From NCBI GenBank assembly GCA_963575745.1, contig CAUYUJ010000112.1, positions 1 to 64,000 of the forward strand: a stretch of DNA of 64,000 bases, given 5' to 3'. Positions 50,577 through 63,245 of the stretch are shown here, in pieces. A model generated the notes under the pieces. It had not been told where the DNA came from. It saw only the letters and a program-made list of their open reading frames with translations, and did not search any database. The DNA is from Prorocentrum cordatum. Taxonomy: Eukaryota. Every line of letters starts with the position of its first letter. The stretch's first letter is position 1. The position numbers were made by a program, and so were the translations under genes.

Positions 50577-53462
50577 TTAGGCTGCTCGGCAGATCCATGC
50601 ATATGTCTCATGGAGAACACGGTGTGTGAGCGCGTAATGTTGAGATCCATCCGCATGCAGAAAGTCCCCCAAACCCTCTCGATGTAGTCCTTGCAGGATT
50701 CGGCCGAAAACCTTGACGACAGCCAAGAATTCTGAGCGATGCTTCCGAGGGATGCTGCGACACGTCTGTGCAAGCCATTGCGGGGGCCACTGCAAGCGCA
50801 ATATCTCACAAACAAGGTCCACGAAAACATCTTGAGCACGGCACGGATCCCATTCGGCCACACTGTTGTGACTGAGAACTCGTTCCAAAACCAAGGGACG
50901 CACATGGTGAAATGAGAGTGTGGCAGACGAGGAGGGGTAATGAGGAAATTTTGCCAACTGGGGTTGGTCTGCCTGTCCACGGGCAAATTCTGCGTTAGGG
51001 AAGAATGGGCACACCTCGTACGATAAGCCTGTCGGCCGGATGTGCGCCTGGAGGTATGTGAGATGGAGGCCCCGACCTTCCACCGTGACCCCGACGTCCG
51101 GGGGCCAGAGCATGCGCACAGCACGTTCAAGGCAACTCTCACAAAAAACCATGCTAAACACGAGACTGTCGTCGACATATAAGATGCCTTGGATGAGCTC
51201 TGCTGTCGAAAACCCCGGGCATGCAAGACCGATGGAGGCACTATACCCTGCTTCCGTGTATAAGCGATGGACGTTCTCTCCAAGGTCGCCCAAGGTGGTG
51301 GACTCAGACATGCTGCCACCCATGGCCACCCCCGCTTACGGCAGAATATGTCTTTGCCCATCATAAAATGGATATCCTTGGAAGCGAACTTGAGAGCCCT
51401 GCGAATATCAGCGAATGTGTATACATCATGATCAGAGGGAACGCGATCTCCACTACGACATAAGAAACCTTTTGCCTTCGAACCCCGTTTGACTGCCACT
51501 GCTGTTTTTCCATGCCGTTTGAAGGCCCGGTCCAGGAACAACGAACACCGACGGACACCACGATCGACGTCAGCATCTTTAAAAATCTGACTGGCGTCAC
51601 ATTTAAGCCAAGATATACACGACTTCGGATTTCCATAAAGGCACCGAAACGTAAATTGGCCATTGGTGCGAAGACGACGGACACGCTCCGCCAACACTTT
51701 CGGTAGGAGACGGGGTTCCCAGAGCGACCAAGAAATATCTCCAGAATGCTGGTTGGCCAAACGTAGCGCTCGGGCAGCCTTCCAGAGGAATCTGCGCTGA
51801 GTGTTCTTGCAATTGGCGACGATCTCCTCGTGGTGTGCATGCGCGCGTGTACACGTGAGTGCGCCACTCGTGCGATCAAGGCACTTGCCTTTGATGGTAA
51901 GGTACGCGTGCGGAAGATGATGTACATGTGTAATTTCGGGGTTCTGGTGCTTTTTGGGGATGTATTTGTCGACCAGTTTTTGAAGACGCCGGGCAACTCC
52001 TTTAGCATGTAGGTGCGGGCAGTGCTCGTAGTGTACGGCGTCTTCGCAAAGCCACTCCCATAGTTTCCAGAAATAGCAACTACGGGGTATGCATACACGT
52101 CTGTGTGGGTCCTTATCCAAAGGTATGAATACATGGTGGGGTAGGGATTCTCGTATATGGCATGCGTGCAGCTCCAGACCAGTAACACAAGGTACATGAG
52201 ATGCGTACCTGTCGCCCCAATGCTCGAATAACCAATGTGCCTTGACGCACCCCGGCAGTTGTAGGTTCGAATGGTATGAGGCAAGCTGCTGGCAAAAATC
52301 GAAGAAGACGAAGGAGAGAGGCAGCGTGGCAGGAACATCCCAGTGCTGATCCAGCCAAACAACGTCATGTGCCAGGATATGCTGGCACCGAGGGTCATGT
52401 AGCAGATATTGACAAACTGTGTGGGAGAAATCTCGACATACTTGCCGCTGTTGTGTAACATGATCAGAAACTTTAGGAGGTCGTACACACAATATTTTTG
52501 TCATTGCACGCAGGTAGAGAGCAATATTGGGAGAACGAATGTTTTGACACACCCAATATACGTATTGTCTAAGCGTGCGACGACAATGTTGTACGAACAC
52601 GTGTGAGGTATCCGGCAATCTGAACAGTTTGATGCTCGACGGGATAATGTTCCCCGACGGCATGAATCGTTCATTTCTTCTTGCGATGACAGCACGTTCA
52701 TACGTCAGGCGTGAGCAGAGAATCCAGACAGATAGGATATATTCGACCAACCAACCATGACGCCATGCGGTATGATAGCGCAGGCGGGTGTGCCGCTCCC
52801 CCAAGTACGTTGCCAGCCAGAGCTCGTAGCCTCTGCGGTAGAGACGCTGCACCACTTCATCTCTGGAAAGATCGTAGCGCTGACGAGCCCAACCCAGCAA
52901 GGCAGCAAACGAGGTATCAATAGACGGGAGACGGCTCCGCATCGCCTGGTCTTCCCGTAGACGGCATATCAAATTGAGTCGAGACTCGTCTGCGAGGGTG
53001 GGATGCGTCCGGAACCTCGGGAACGGGCGTGGTTCCGGACCCTGCCCTCGCTGAGTTGGTCCTGTTCCGCATTGGGTTGGGGGCCGCAGTACTCTAATTG
53101 CCAAGGCCTCGTACTGGGCAGTTCTCGCCTCAGTGCTGAAGACCATGGGTACGAGAACGAACGACCAGGACGAAGACGAACGCCAGGAACGATACCGCGG
53201 GCGTCCAGCTTGGTTTCCTTTCCCGTTGAAGGTGGCCTGGAAATGCTCCCAAAAACGACCTTGCAGCCCAGAACGCACCGTGCGATTGCGCGGATGAGTG
53301 CACTTAGCACGCCCCACATACCAGGTTCCAGACTCCCAGGAGAATGCTGAGTAGCATAATGCTGCATGCGGTTGGGAGGCAGGGTCCCAGACCAAACGAA
53401 CCATTTCAGTAAGATACCGAAGCCCACACTCCCCTCGAAAGTCAGATCGTAGAACGCACATT
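50577..53462 (-). CDS. PLE GIY-YIG endonuclease-reverse transcriptase ORF (one frameshift at ~51330; start uncertain, open frame extends to 53692)
   Basis: GIY-YIG: CYSAF...WYVGRA...GRFWEH...YEALAIRVLRPPTQ. RT: IPLDKD, LPHAYLTIKGK, KCDASQIF, RKRG/AMGGSMS, LYVDDSL, LTYLQ. Confidence 0.82.
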
Positions 53463-54037
53463 TGGAAATTAGGCGTAGCACATCGAAGAAGTACTCGCGT
53501 CCAGTGTTTTCGCTCGTGCTGTTTCGAAATCCATTCACATGCGATAAGGATGCCGATAAAGACCAGGAGGGACAGAACAGCTTGTGATTCACGTTTGTGT
53601 TGCTGCCACGATGTGAGGGTGCACCTAATATTAACTGCTTTTTGGAACCAGTGTTGATCACGTATTGCACGCGTGCTCCATTTAAACACCACTATGCCAA
53701 TCTTACGCGGTGTGGTGGTCGTATCTGATGTAGGTGTGATACTACAATACTGACAGAGACCGGATAGAAGAGCGTGTTCAGATAGACACTGCAGAGCATG
53801 TAGAGGTAGGTGGCGGGGTAGGGAGGGAAAGACTTATCGCACACGACGTGACTGGGCTTCCATGCCTGCCATGTGAGGAAAGCCAGGGGGTAACTGCACA
53901 GGGGGAAAATAAAGAAGCAGACGAGCTTGGGTACAGAGTCAGTGTAGATGAAGAACAACTGGATGATGGTGAAGATGGGGGTGTAGTACTGATAGTAATG
54001 TATACTCCCACGCCAACAATATGGAACTGTGAAAAGC

Positions 54038-54422
54038 GCTGCTTGTTGGTAGACGAGACATGCATTTTCACCACATCTGCTAGCACCCGGCCACCTTTGG
54101 AGTGTGCCACTGGGGTTTACGCCATCACCGCTTGGTGCTAAATGGGCTGCAGCACGCATGGCATTTGCGCACTATTCCTCTGAGCAGATCCACGCTAGCA
54201 AGAGCATGACTCCAGCTATTTTCGGGAACGTTGTCAAAATGGCGCCAAGCTTAGCAACAACAAGGCAAAAGCTGAGAGAAAGAGAGATGAGACAGAGGAC
54301 CCAAGACGCAAGAGAAACGAGAAGTGAGCTGAGCAAAGTATGGTACAACGTGAGATTTACATGCAGGACGCGTGTGCAATCAACTCTCTCACAGAAAGCT
54401 GTTTCTACTGCGGCTGCTGCTG
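54038..54422 (-). repeat. 5' direct terminal repeat (pseudo-LTR) of the PLE
   Basis: Matches 48850-49234 at a constant offset of 5188. Confidence 0.92.
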
Positions 54423-54639
54423 CTGCTCCTTCTCCCCCCTCCTCTTCCTGGCGCTCGCAGAGGTGAAAAGGAATCCGGGTATCGAGAGGGGAGTTGACCT
54501 GGGACGGGAGGGCATGCCGAAGCATCAGTAAGGTGCATTTGGTTTGCTCGGGTCCCATTCTTCCTCCTCCCCTTACAGTCTCCGCCGTTCGCTCCGCCCC
54601 CATTTGCCATACTGCTGTTGCTTCTCTGGCTTCTCTTTT

Positions 54640-55215
54640 ACCTCCCTTCTCCATCCTCCTGCCTCTGCTGCTGCTCATCCAGCTCCTCTCCCTTCCTTCT
54701 CCTCCTCCGTTTCTTCCTCTTTCTACCTCCTCCTCCTCCTTCTGTATTCTGCCTCTTCCTTCCTATCCTCCTTTTCCTCATCCTCCTTCCTCCTCCGTCC
54801 TCCCTCCTCCCTCCTCCCTTCTGCCACCTCCCGCCTCCTCCTCCTCCTCCTCCTCCTCCTCTTCCTCCTCCTCCTCCTCCTCCTCCTCTTCCTCCTGCCT
54901 CCTCCTCCTCCTCCTCCTCCTCCTCCTTCTGTTCCTCCTCCTTCCTCCTCCTCCTCCTCCTCCTCCTCCTCCTTCTGTTCCTCCTCCTCCTCCTCCTCCT
55001 CTCCTAAACGTCACGAGATACGCATTCAAGGACGGGAGAGCCCGTGTGCCCCGCCCGACTCGTCAAGGTTACGCGTACCCTCTAAGGCATAAGCAATACA
55101 CGACAATCCTCCTCTTCCTCCTCCTCCTCCTCCTCCTCCTCCTCCTCCTCCTCCTCCTCCACTCTCGTCTTCTCCTCCCGCCCTTCCTCATCTGCCTCCT
55201 CTGTCTCCTCAACCT
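54640..55215. repeat. (CCT)n-rich tract
   Basis: Directly visible. Confidence 0.93.
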
Positions 55216-56959
55216 CGTCTTACCCTCGTCTTATCCTCTTCTCCCTCGCCCCTCTCGACCCTCCGCTGTCCCTGGCCGCGGCCCGCTTCGCTCCCCGGGT
55301 CGGCCAGGTGGCCAGCGAGACCGTGCAGACGTGCAGCGTCAGTGCTTGCGGAGGAGATCCGGGGAAGCGCGGCATTGTCGGACCGCCTCAAGAAGCTCGG
55401 ATGCAACTCCTGGGAGGTCAAATTCTGACTGTGCCCTGGTCCGAAATCCGGCCTGATCTGGCTTACTCCCGCTGATTCTGGCCTAATCCCGCTTAGTCCC
55501 GTTTCATCCTGTTTAATCCCGCTTAGTCCGCGACCTGATCTAGCGTAACAGCCCCCTAATGGGGATCAATGGGGATCGATCCTCCTTCATCCTTCCGACG
55601 AAGACCTCCCAGCAGCTGCCTCCGAACATACGGTAGGTTCGCGTCGCGTCGACTGGCGGCGACCCCGCCGAGGACGTTCAACGTTGAACGTCGCCAGCGA
55701 CCCCGAATCGGTCGATGTTGACCGTCACGGGGAGCGGCCGATCGTTCAAGGTTGAACGACCCCCGCGGTGTCAGGAACCAGCGCCAACGTCGGCACGACG
55801 CGAACCTGCCGTACCCAGACCTGGGGCGGATTTGCTTTTCCAATCTCGGCGTTGTTCCTCGACGTTGGCCTCCAAGGGGCTGGCTTCGGGCCCCGGGGCC
55901 CTCGGAAACGGATCCAGGAGGGAAACGCTGCCCTGGGGAAGTGGCCGAGACCGCTCTGGGGCCGCGCATCGGAAGCCACATCGTCGGATGTCGGGGTGCG
56001 TGGCGCATTTCTGAAAGAGCCTCGCCGTCGAGGGCTCGAGAAGTTCACCTCTCTTCCTCAGCGTGGACTGGCCGACGTAAAGCGGGGGCGGCTCCGTCCG
56101 CGGAAGGTCGGAGCGAGGTCGGCGGAAGCTGGCGGCAGTAAACGTCCGCCTCCCGCAGAGATGTTATGTTTTTTGGGGGGGCGATTCAGGATTGCAGAGT
56201 CGGGCATGTCCATGTCCACTGCGGAGTGGTGCCCAGGGACCTCGAGAGCCTCTCGAGGACCTGGCGGAGGTGAACGCGGGGCAAGTGCGGGGGGCGATTG
56301 GGGTGCCGGAAAGTGGCCCTCAGGGGGCCGTAACGGGTGTCCACCTCGAGGAAGCGCAAGCATTCATTACGGCGCTTGGATTCCATACAGAGTCGGCGCA
56401 CTCCGTCGCCAGATCAGGCGGTGTGGGCCTCACATTTCGAGGGGTACCTTCCCCGATCCGTGAAACTGGCGGCCACGCGCCAGATTCACAGATCCGTAGT
56501 CCATATTTGCGTGCGCCCAATCAATCGCCACGGTGGCCCCGAAAGGTGCTGGAAAGGTGCGCCTTGTCCTCCCTTGTTTATTCCCTCTACCCCGTCCAGC
56601 TGGTAGGAGTGGTGGGTATTGGCATCTGCCAGCCCCTTAGGGTGGTAAGGTGTCCATCGCCACCTTTCCTGAATGGATCCAGGGCAGGACATCCAGCAGC
56701 TGTGGATGTGGATGACCACCTAGCAGTGCAGTCATGGGATGCTTGCTGTAGATATCATGGAGCTCTTAGATTCAAGTTTTTTTCGATGGCGTTCCTTAAA
56801 GTTTCCGGAAGCCCTCCGCAGTTTTCGGAGTCTTCGGAAGTTTTGGGAGGGTGGTCGTTCTTGATGTCGCCGCCTCCGTCGCCGCCATCCTCGTGGTCGC
56901 AGTTGTAGTCGTGGTGGTCGTCTTTGGCGACGTCGAAGGAGAAAGGGGAATGACGAGGG

Positions 56960-57392
56960 AGGGGTACGAGAAGGAGGAGGGGGAGGAGGAGGAGGAGGAG
57001 GAGGAGGAGGAGGAGGAGGAGGAGGAGGAGGGGGAAGAGGAGGAGGAAGAGGAGGAGGAGGAGGAGGAGGCGGAGGAGGAACAAGCTAGGTGCGCTAGAG
57101 GAGGAGGGGGAGGAGGAGGAGGAGGAGGAGAAGAAAGAGGAAGATACATCATAATAATAAGAATAAACATGCAACTCATACGGATACTGCTACTAATACT
57201 AGTAATGATAGCACTAAGAAGAATGAAAAGAAAACTAAGGATAATAATACTAATAATAATAAGAAGAATAATAAGAAGAATAAGAAGAAGAAGAAGAAGA
57301 GGGAGAGGAGGAGGAGGAGGAGGAGGAGGAGGAGGAGGAGGAGGAGGAGGAGGAGGAGGGAGGAGGAGGAGGAGGAGGAGGAGGAGGGGGAG
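56960..57392. repeat. (GGA)n, (TAA)n and (GAA)n tracts
   Basis: Directly visible. Confidence 0.93.
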
Positions 57393-57879
57393 GGTCTGGC
57401 TGATCTCACCTCAGCCCCCGTGCGGATCGGGGTCAGTCCAATGCGACAAACCAGCACCTCGGCCTATAGTTGGGAATGGTCGATGCTTCGCGTATCCCCA
57501 CCAGCCAGCCATCTGAGGTTGCCACTGTTGGCATGCGATACAGGTACGCTGGACTGCTTGCGCAGCCCCGCGCTTTGCCACGCTCGGTGGCACGGTTACT
57601 CTGGCGCCTGGCGCGACAGGGTACAATTCGTTCGTCTTCCTGGTGATCTCACCTCTAGGATGGTTGCATTTCGGCCGCCTGGCACACCTGGCAGCTCCTG
57701 CAGCTCGCCTTCAGCCCCTGGCGCCACCCAGCGTCCCTCGGCGGCAGCTCTGGCAGCCGTGAGTGCGCTCGCTGGTTAATTAGGTTTCGCCCGTAGCCCG
57801 GGACGACTTCTGACGCCGCCTGCGCCTTCGCTTGCGGCCGCGACCAACAAATCCTCACCAGCCAATCCAGGCACGATCG

Positions 57880-58950
57880 GATGGTGTCTTGCGGCCTCTT
57901 GGATGCCATCGTCAGCTATGTTCGGCTAGAGGCTGTCGGAGGCTACCCTGAGCCATGCTGAGCTATCTTGGAACGTGTTGTCGCTGCCTTGATGCCTCTT
58001 GGGTGTCTGTCGGAGGCTACCTTGAGCCATGCTCGACCTCCTGGGAGTATCTTGAGGGGAGCAGGAGGAGGAGGAGGCGGAGGAGGAGGAGGAGGAGGAG
58101 GAGTAGAAGGAGGAGGAGGAGGAGGCGGAGAAGGAATAGGAGGAGGAGGAGGAGGAGGAGGAGGGATGCGGCACGGGAGGAGGAGGAGGAAGAGGAGGAG
58201 GAGGAGGAGGAGGAGGAGGAGGAGGAGGAGGCAGGAGGAGGAGGATGCGGAGGAGGAGGAGGAGGAGGAGGCAGGAAAGGAAAATGGAAGGAACGGACGA
58301 TTACAAGGAAGATGCGAAATCAGGCTTTCGAGGTATGTAGCTGTGGGGTGTTCTTGAAGGACGGCGCAGGCCATCTTAGCGGCTCTCTTAGGGCCCCCCA
58401 AAGGCCTCCTGGGGCACAATGTGACCCTCTTGGGGCCCATTTTGGGGTCCTTGGGGCCATCTTGGGGCTCCTTGGAGGGGTCTGGGAGGCCTCTTGGGGC
58501 CATCCTGGCCCCCCATGGGTCAAAAAGATGGGGGTCCTCAATTCAGGCCTCTCCGTCAGAGGCTCAAACCTAGCGTCTTGCGTCTCGGGGCCCTCTTGGG
58601 CCGCTCTTGGAGCGCTCTCGAGCGCTCTTTGGGCCCGCTTGTGGCCCTCTTGGGCCCCTCTTGGGGCCGTCTTGGGACCATCTGGAGGCCTCCGGGCCCA
58701 TCGGAAGCGCGAAGGCGAGAAGGTACACCACATTTGTGTTCTCTAGGTTTTTTGAAAGGGTTCGGCCTCTTGGAGGATGCCTCGGAAGGCTCGAAGGGCA
58801 CTGGGAACCGTCTTGGGCCAGTCTTGAGGCGTCTTCGAGGCATGTCGGAGGCTATTTTGAATAGTTTTCAGCTATCTTGGGCCATCTTGGAGGCCATCTT
58901 TGGCTCTCTGAGGCCCTCTTGAAGCCATCTTGGGCCATCTTGGACCCTCT
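57880..58950 (+). repeat. (TCTTGGGGCC)-type minisatellite family interrupted by (GGA)n
   Basis: Same units as 15148-15720, including a shared AGGCGAGAA spacer. Confidence 0.75.
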
Positions 58951-59140
58951 AACCCCTCCGCCCCCCCCTCCAAGTCCCAGGGGAGGGGGTAGGGAGAGCG
59001 GTCAAGTTACCCCCTCCCCGCCCGCAAGCCGTCTCGCTCACTCCCACCCGCCCTCCCAACACATACGTAGCACCCGAGTCTGGCCCGAGCCTCAGCATAT
59101 TCAGCAGTCGTCTTTGGATGGGCAGCTACAGGGGGCCAAT

Positions 59141-59271
59141 CCGCCGCCGCCGCCGCCGCCTCCGCCGCCTCCGCCGCCGCCGCCGCCGCCGCCCGCCGCC
59201 GCCGCCGCCGCGGCCGCCGCCCGCGCCGCCGCCGCCACCGCCGCAGCCTGTCGCCGGCCAGACGCAGCCTG

Positions 59272-59315
<44 letters not shown>

Positions 59316-59436
59316 CCCGCCTCAGCCGCCGCCGCCGCCGCCGCCGCCGCCGTCGCCCGCTGCCGTCGCCGCCGCCGCAGCCGCCGCAACGGCCGCCACC
59401 GCCGCCGCAGCCGCCGCAGCCGCCGCCGCCGCCGCC
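59141..59436. repeat. (CCG)n microsatellite
   Basis: Directly visible. Confidence 0.97.
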
Positions 59437-59450
59437 AAGTGTACTCTGTA

Positions 59451-62400
59451 TTACCTAACAGCGAAGACTGATAGGTTTCTAGTGGTGTCAAAAGAGAGCA
59501 TCATGACTCCTCAGGGGGGTCGGGGCGGGACCCGGGGAGGCTGCCGCCGAAGCCGAAATCGCTTGGGACATCCTCGCAAAATCGCTCTTGGTGCTCCCAG
59601 AACTCCATTCCCGGGCCACATTTTGGATGCCCGGAGCCAACTGTAGGCCACTTCGTGCTCTTCGACTTCCCAGAACTCCATTCCCGGGCCACATTTTGGA
59701 TGCCCGGAGCCAACTGTAGGCCACTTCGTGCTCTTCGATTTCCCAGAACTCCATTCCCGGGCCACATTTTGGATGCCCGGAGCCAACTGTAGGCCACTTC
59801 GTGCTCTTCAAGTTCCAGAACTCCATTCCTGGGCATGATTTTGAATGCCCGAGCCAATGTCAGGCCACTTCGGTTCTGTCTAGTTTCCGGGAATTCCAGT
59901 CCTGGGCCACATTTTGAAATGCTGAGGCAAATTTGAAATGCTGAGGCAGGCTCGATGCTGTGGCCGAGAGCGGCTGAGGCTGAGGCAGGGCTGTGGCTGG
60001 GCTGAGCGAGGCTGAAGGCAGACTGAGGCTGAGGCTGAAGCAGGCTGAGGCTGAGGCTGAGGCAGGCTGAGGCTGAGGCTGAGGCAGGCTGATGCTGAGG
60101 CAGGCTGAGGCTGAGGCTGAGGCTGATGCAGGCTGAGGCTGAGGCAGCCTGAGGCTGACGCCGAGGCTGAAGGCAGACTGAGGCTGAGGCTGAAGCAGGC
60201 TGAGGCTGAGGCTGAGTCAGGCTGAGGCTGAGGCTGAGGCAGGCTGAGGCTGAGGCAGGCTGAGGTTGAGGCTGTGACTGCGACTGCCGTTGCCGCTGCG
60301 AATGTCATCGCGAATGCGACTACGACTTCGAGAACAGCAGAATTCTACAACTGGATTTTAACCTAACAGCTCTTGTATGGTGGTTTCTAGTGGTCTCAAA
60401 AGAAGAGAGCATCCGACTCCTCAGGGGGGTCTGGGGGACCCCGGGGAAGGCGTGGCGTGGCCGCCCCCGGCCGACGAAGCGAAATCCGCGCCTATGGGAA
60501 TACCTCCGCAAAATCGCTCCTTGGGTGCGCTCCCCAACTGTAGGCACTTCGTGCTCTTCGATTTCCCAGAACTCCATTCCCGGGCCACATTTTGGATGCC
60601 CGGAGCCAACTGTAGGCCACTTCGTGTTCTTCAAGTTCCCAGAACTCCATTCCTGGGCATGATTTTGAATGCCCGGAGCCAACTGTAGGCCACTTCGTGT
60701 TCTTCTAGTTCCCAGAACTTCACTCCTGGGCCACATTTTGAATGCTGAGGCAGGCTGATGCTGCGGCCGAGGCAGGCTGAGGCTGAGGCAAGGCTGAGGC
60801 TGAGGCCGAGGCTCGAAGACACAGACTGAGGGCTGAGGCTGAAGCAGGCTGAGGCTGAGGCTGAGGCTGAGGCAGAGCTGCCCCTCCGATCCTCCAGATC
60901 CCTCAACTGATCAACATCGCTCCTCAGGTGCACACTGCCAGATGCAGCGCTGAGATAACAAGCACTGGGCTGCGCCCGTTCCGCGTTCCCACTGAGGATG
61001 GGGATCTCACCCCCCATGGGTTGTGGAGCGGGGGGGAATTGGAGGCAGAAGCATTTTGAGGCAGGGGGGGCTGCCCTGTTCCTGGGATGGGCACGCCCCC
61101 CGCTGCCCTGTCCTCTCCTTGATCCTTTCTATAGAACGCAGAATTCGACCCCCTGCATATGATAATCGACTGCTCATGACCCAGAGATGCTCCTACACAT
61201 GGCTGTTAGGTTGCTTTGCCGGGATAATTTTACTAACAGCGAAGACTGATAGGTTTCTAGTGGTCTCAAAAGAGAGCAGCAGATGACTCCACAGGGGGGT
61301 CTGGGCGGGTGCCGGACAGGGTGCCGCAGAAGTCATTTTAAGCCAACAGTCACACACTTCGTGCTCTTCGACTTCCCAGAACTCCATTCCCGGGCCACAT
61401 TTTGATGCCCGGAGCCAACTGTTGGCCACTTCGTGCTCTTCGACTTCCCAGAACTCCATTCCCGGGCCACATTTTGGATGCCCGGAGCCAACTGTAGGCC
61501 ACTTCGTGGTCTTCGAGTTCCCAGAACTCCATTCCCGGGCCACATTTTGGATGCCCGGAGCCAACTGTAGGCCACTTCGTGCTCTTCGAGTTCCCAGAAC
61601 TCCATTCCCGGGCCACATTTTGAATGCCCGGAGCCAACTGTTTCGTGCTCTTCGAGTTCCAGAACTCCATTCCCGGGCCACATTTTGAATGCCCGGAGCC
61701 AACTGTAGGCCACTTCGTGTCTTCGAGTTCCCAGAACTCCATTCCCGGGCCACATTTTGAATGCCCGTAGCCAGCCGAGGCTGAGGCAGGCTGCTGCTGA
61801 GGCAGGCTGAGGCTGAGGCTGAGGCAGGCTGAGGCTGAGGCAGGCTGAGGCTGAGGCTGAGGTTGAGGCTGAGGCTGAGGCTGAAGCAGGCTGAGGCACA
61901 CGCTGAGGCAAGCTGATGCTGAGGCAGGCTGAGGCTGAGGCTGAGGCTGATGCAGGCTGAGGCTGAGGCTGAGGAAAAGGTTGAGGCTGAGGCTAAGGTT
62001 GAGGCTGAAGCTGAAGCAGGCTGAGGCTGAGGCTGAGGCAGGCTGAGGCTGAGGCTTAGGCAAGCTGATACTGAGGCAGACTGAGGCTGAGGCTGAGGCA
62101 GGCTGAGGCTGAGGCAGGCTGAGGCTGTGGCTGAGGCTGAGGCTTGAGGCTGAGGCTGAGGCTGAGGATGAGGCAGGTGAGGCAGACGCTGAGGCAGGCT
62201 GAGGCTGAGGCTGTGGCAGGCTGATGCTGAGGCAGGCTGGGCTGAGGCTGAGGCTGATGCAGGCTGAGGCTGAGGCAGGCTGAGGCTGAGGCCGAGGCTG
62301 AAGGCAGACTGAGGCTGAGGCTGAAGCAGGCTGAGGCTGAGGCTGAGGCAGGCTGAGGCTGAGGCAGGCTGATGCTGAGGCAGGCTGAGGCTGAGGCTGA

Positions 62401-62915
62401 GGCTGATGCAGGCTGAGGCTGAGGCAGGCTGAGGCTGAGGCCGAGGCTGAAGGCAGACTGAGGCTGAGGCTGAAGCAGGCTGAGGCTGAGGCTGAGGCAG
62501 GCTGAGGCTGAGGCAGGCTGAGCTGAGGAAAAGGTTGAGGCTGAGGCTGAGGCAGGCTGAGGCTGAGGCTGAGGCAGGCTGAGGCTGAGGCTGAGGCTGG
62601 GCTGAGGCAGGCTGAGGCTGAGGCCGAGGCTGACGCTGAGGCTGAGGATGCAGGCTGAGGCTGAGGCTGAGGCTGAAGGCTGAGGCTGTGGCTGAGGCTG
62701 AGGCTGAGGAGGCTGAGGCTGAGGCAGGCTGAGGCTGAGGCTGAGGCAGGCTGATACTGAGGCAGGCTGAGGCTGAGGCTGTGACTGTGACTGCCGTTGC
62801 CACTGCGACTGTCATCGCGAATGCGACTGCGACTGCGAGAACAGGAGAATTCTACAACTGGATTCTCATCTGGATCTTAAGGGGAATGTTTCCATATATG
62901 CTTCTACACATCGCT
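59451..62915 (+). mobile_element. Head-to-tail tandem of the composite element: copies C (59451-60357), D (60358-61227) and E (61230-62915)
   Basis: Heads at 59451, ~60360 and 61230. The D-E junction reads GCCGGGATAA-TTTT-ACTAACAGCGA. C and E lack the last part of the tail. Confidence 0.82.
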
Positions 62916-63245
62916 ACATAGCGTGCTGCCTGCTCCTGCAGCGCCACCAGCGTGCCTTGCAGCGCTTGCATCATTCGGACTGGAGCGATGTCATGCACTG
63001 GATCCACTGCAACTGTGAACTCTGCCACATTCTCATGCAGGTAGGCCATGTCAGGCTGTTCTGCTGCTTCTCCGTCTTTGTCTGTCTCTTTCTCCTCGTC
63101 AGACTCGTCTCCCGCCTCGTCGTCTCTGCCCACTTCCGGCGCCCTGGATGCTGGCCCCAACAGACGTACCGGGGCTTTGTCCGCACCGTCCACTGGTTGC
63201 AGACAGGCTTGGATGTGGTCTGGCACGCCGTCATTGTCCAGGCCC
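62916..63245 (-). pseudogene. Coding-like fragment, possibly from a Helitron Rep/helicase polyprotein
   Basis: LDNDGVPDHIQACLQPVDGAD...acidic tract...VAVDPVHDIAPVRMMQALQGTL. The resemblance is from recollection only; no catalytic motif is present. Confidence 0.3.

Larger units (their letters stand above)
48850..54422 (-). mobile_element. Penelope-like retroelement (PLE) with N-terminal GIY-YIG endonuclease, flanked by 385-bp direct repeats
   Basis: Direct repeats at 48850-49234 and 54038-54422; PLE-type RT motifs; no protease, integrase or RNase H recognised. Confidence 0.85.

Noticed and set aside
50000..53692. Single 1230-aa protein as given in the ORF track
   Set aside because: The YVDD catalytic block lies in another frame (50577-51329), so the ORF is a frameshift chimera.
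48850..54422. LTR retrotransposon or DIRS element
   Set aside because: The repeats lack TG...CA ends; no gag, protease, integrase, RNase H or tyrosine recombinase was recognised; the RT motifs and GIY-YIG fit a PLE.
60880..61185. Unique insert in composite element copy D as captured cargo
   Set aside because: Copies C and D are indel-rich and look like low-accuracy sequence, so an assembly artefact cannot be excluded.
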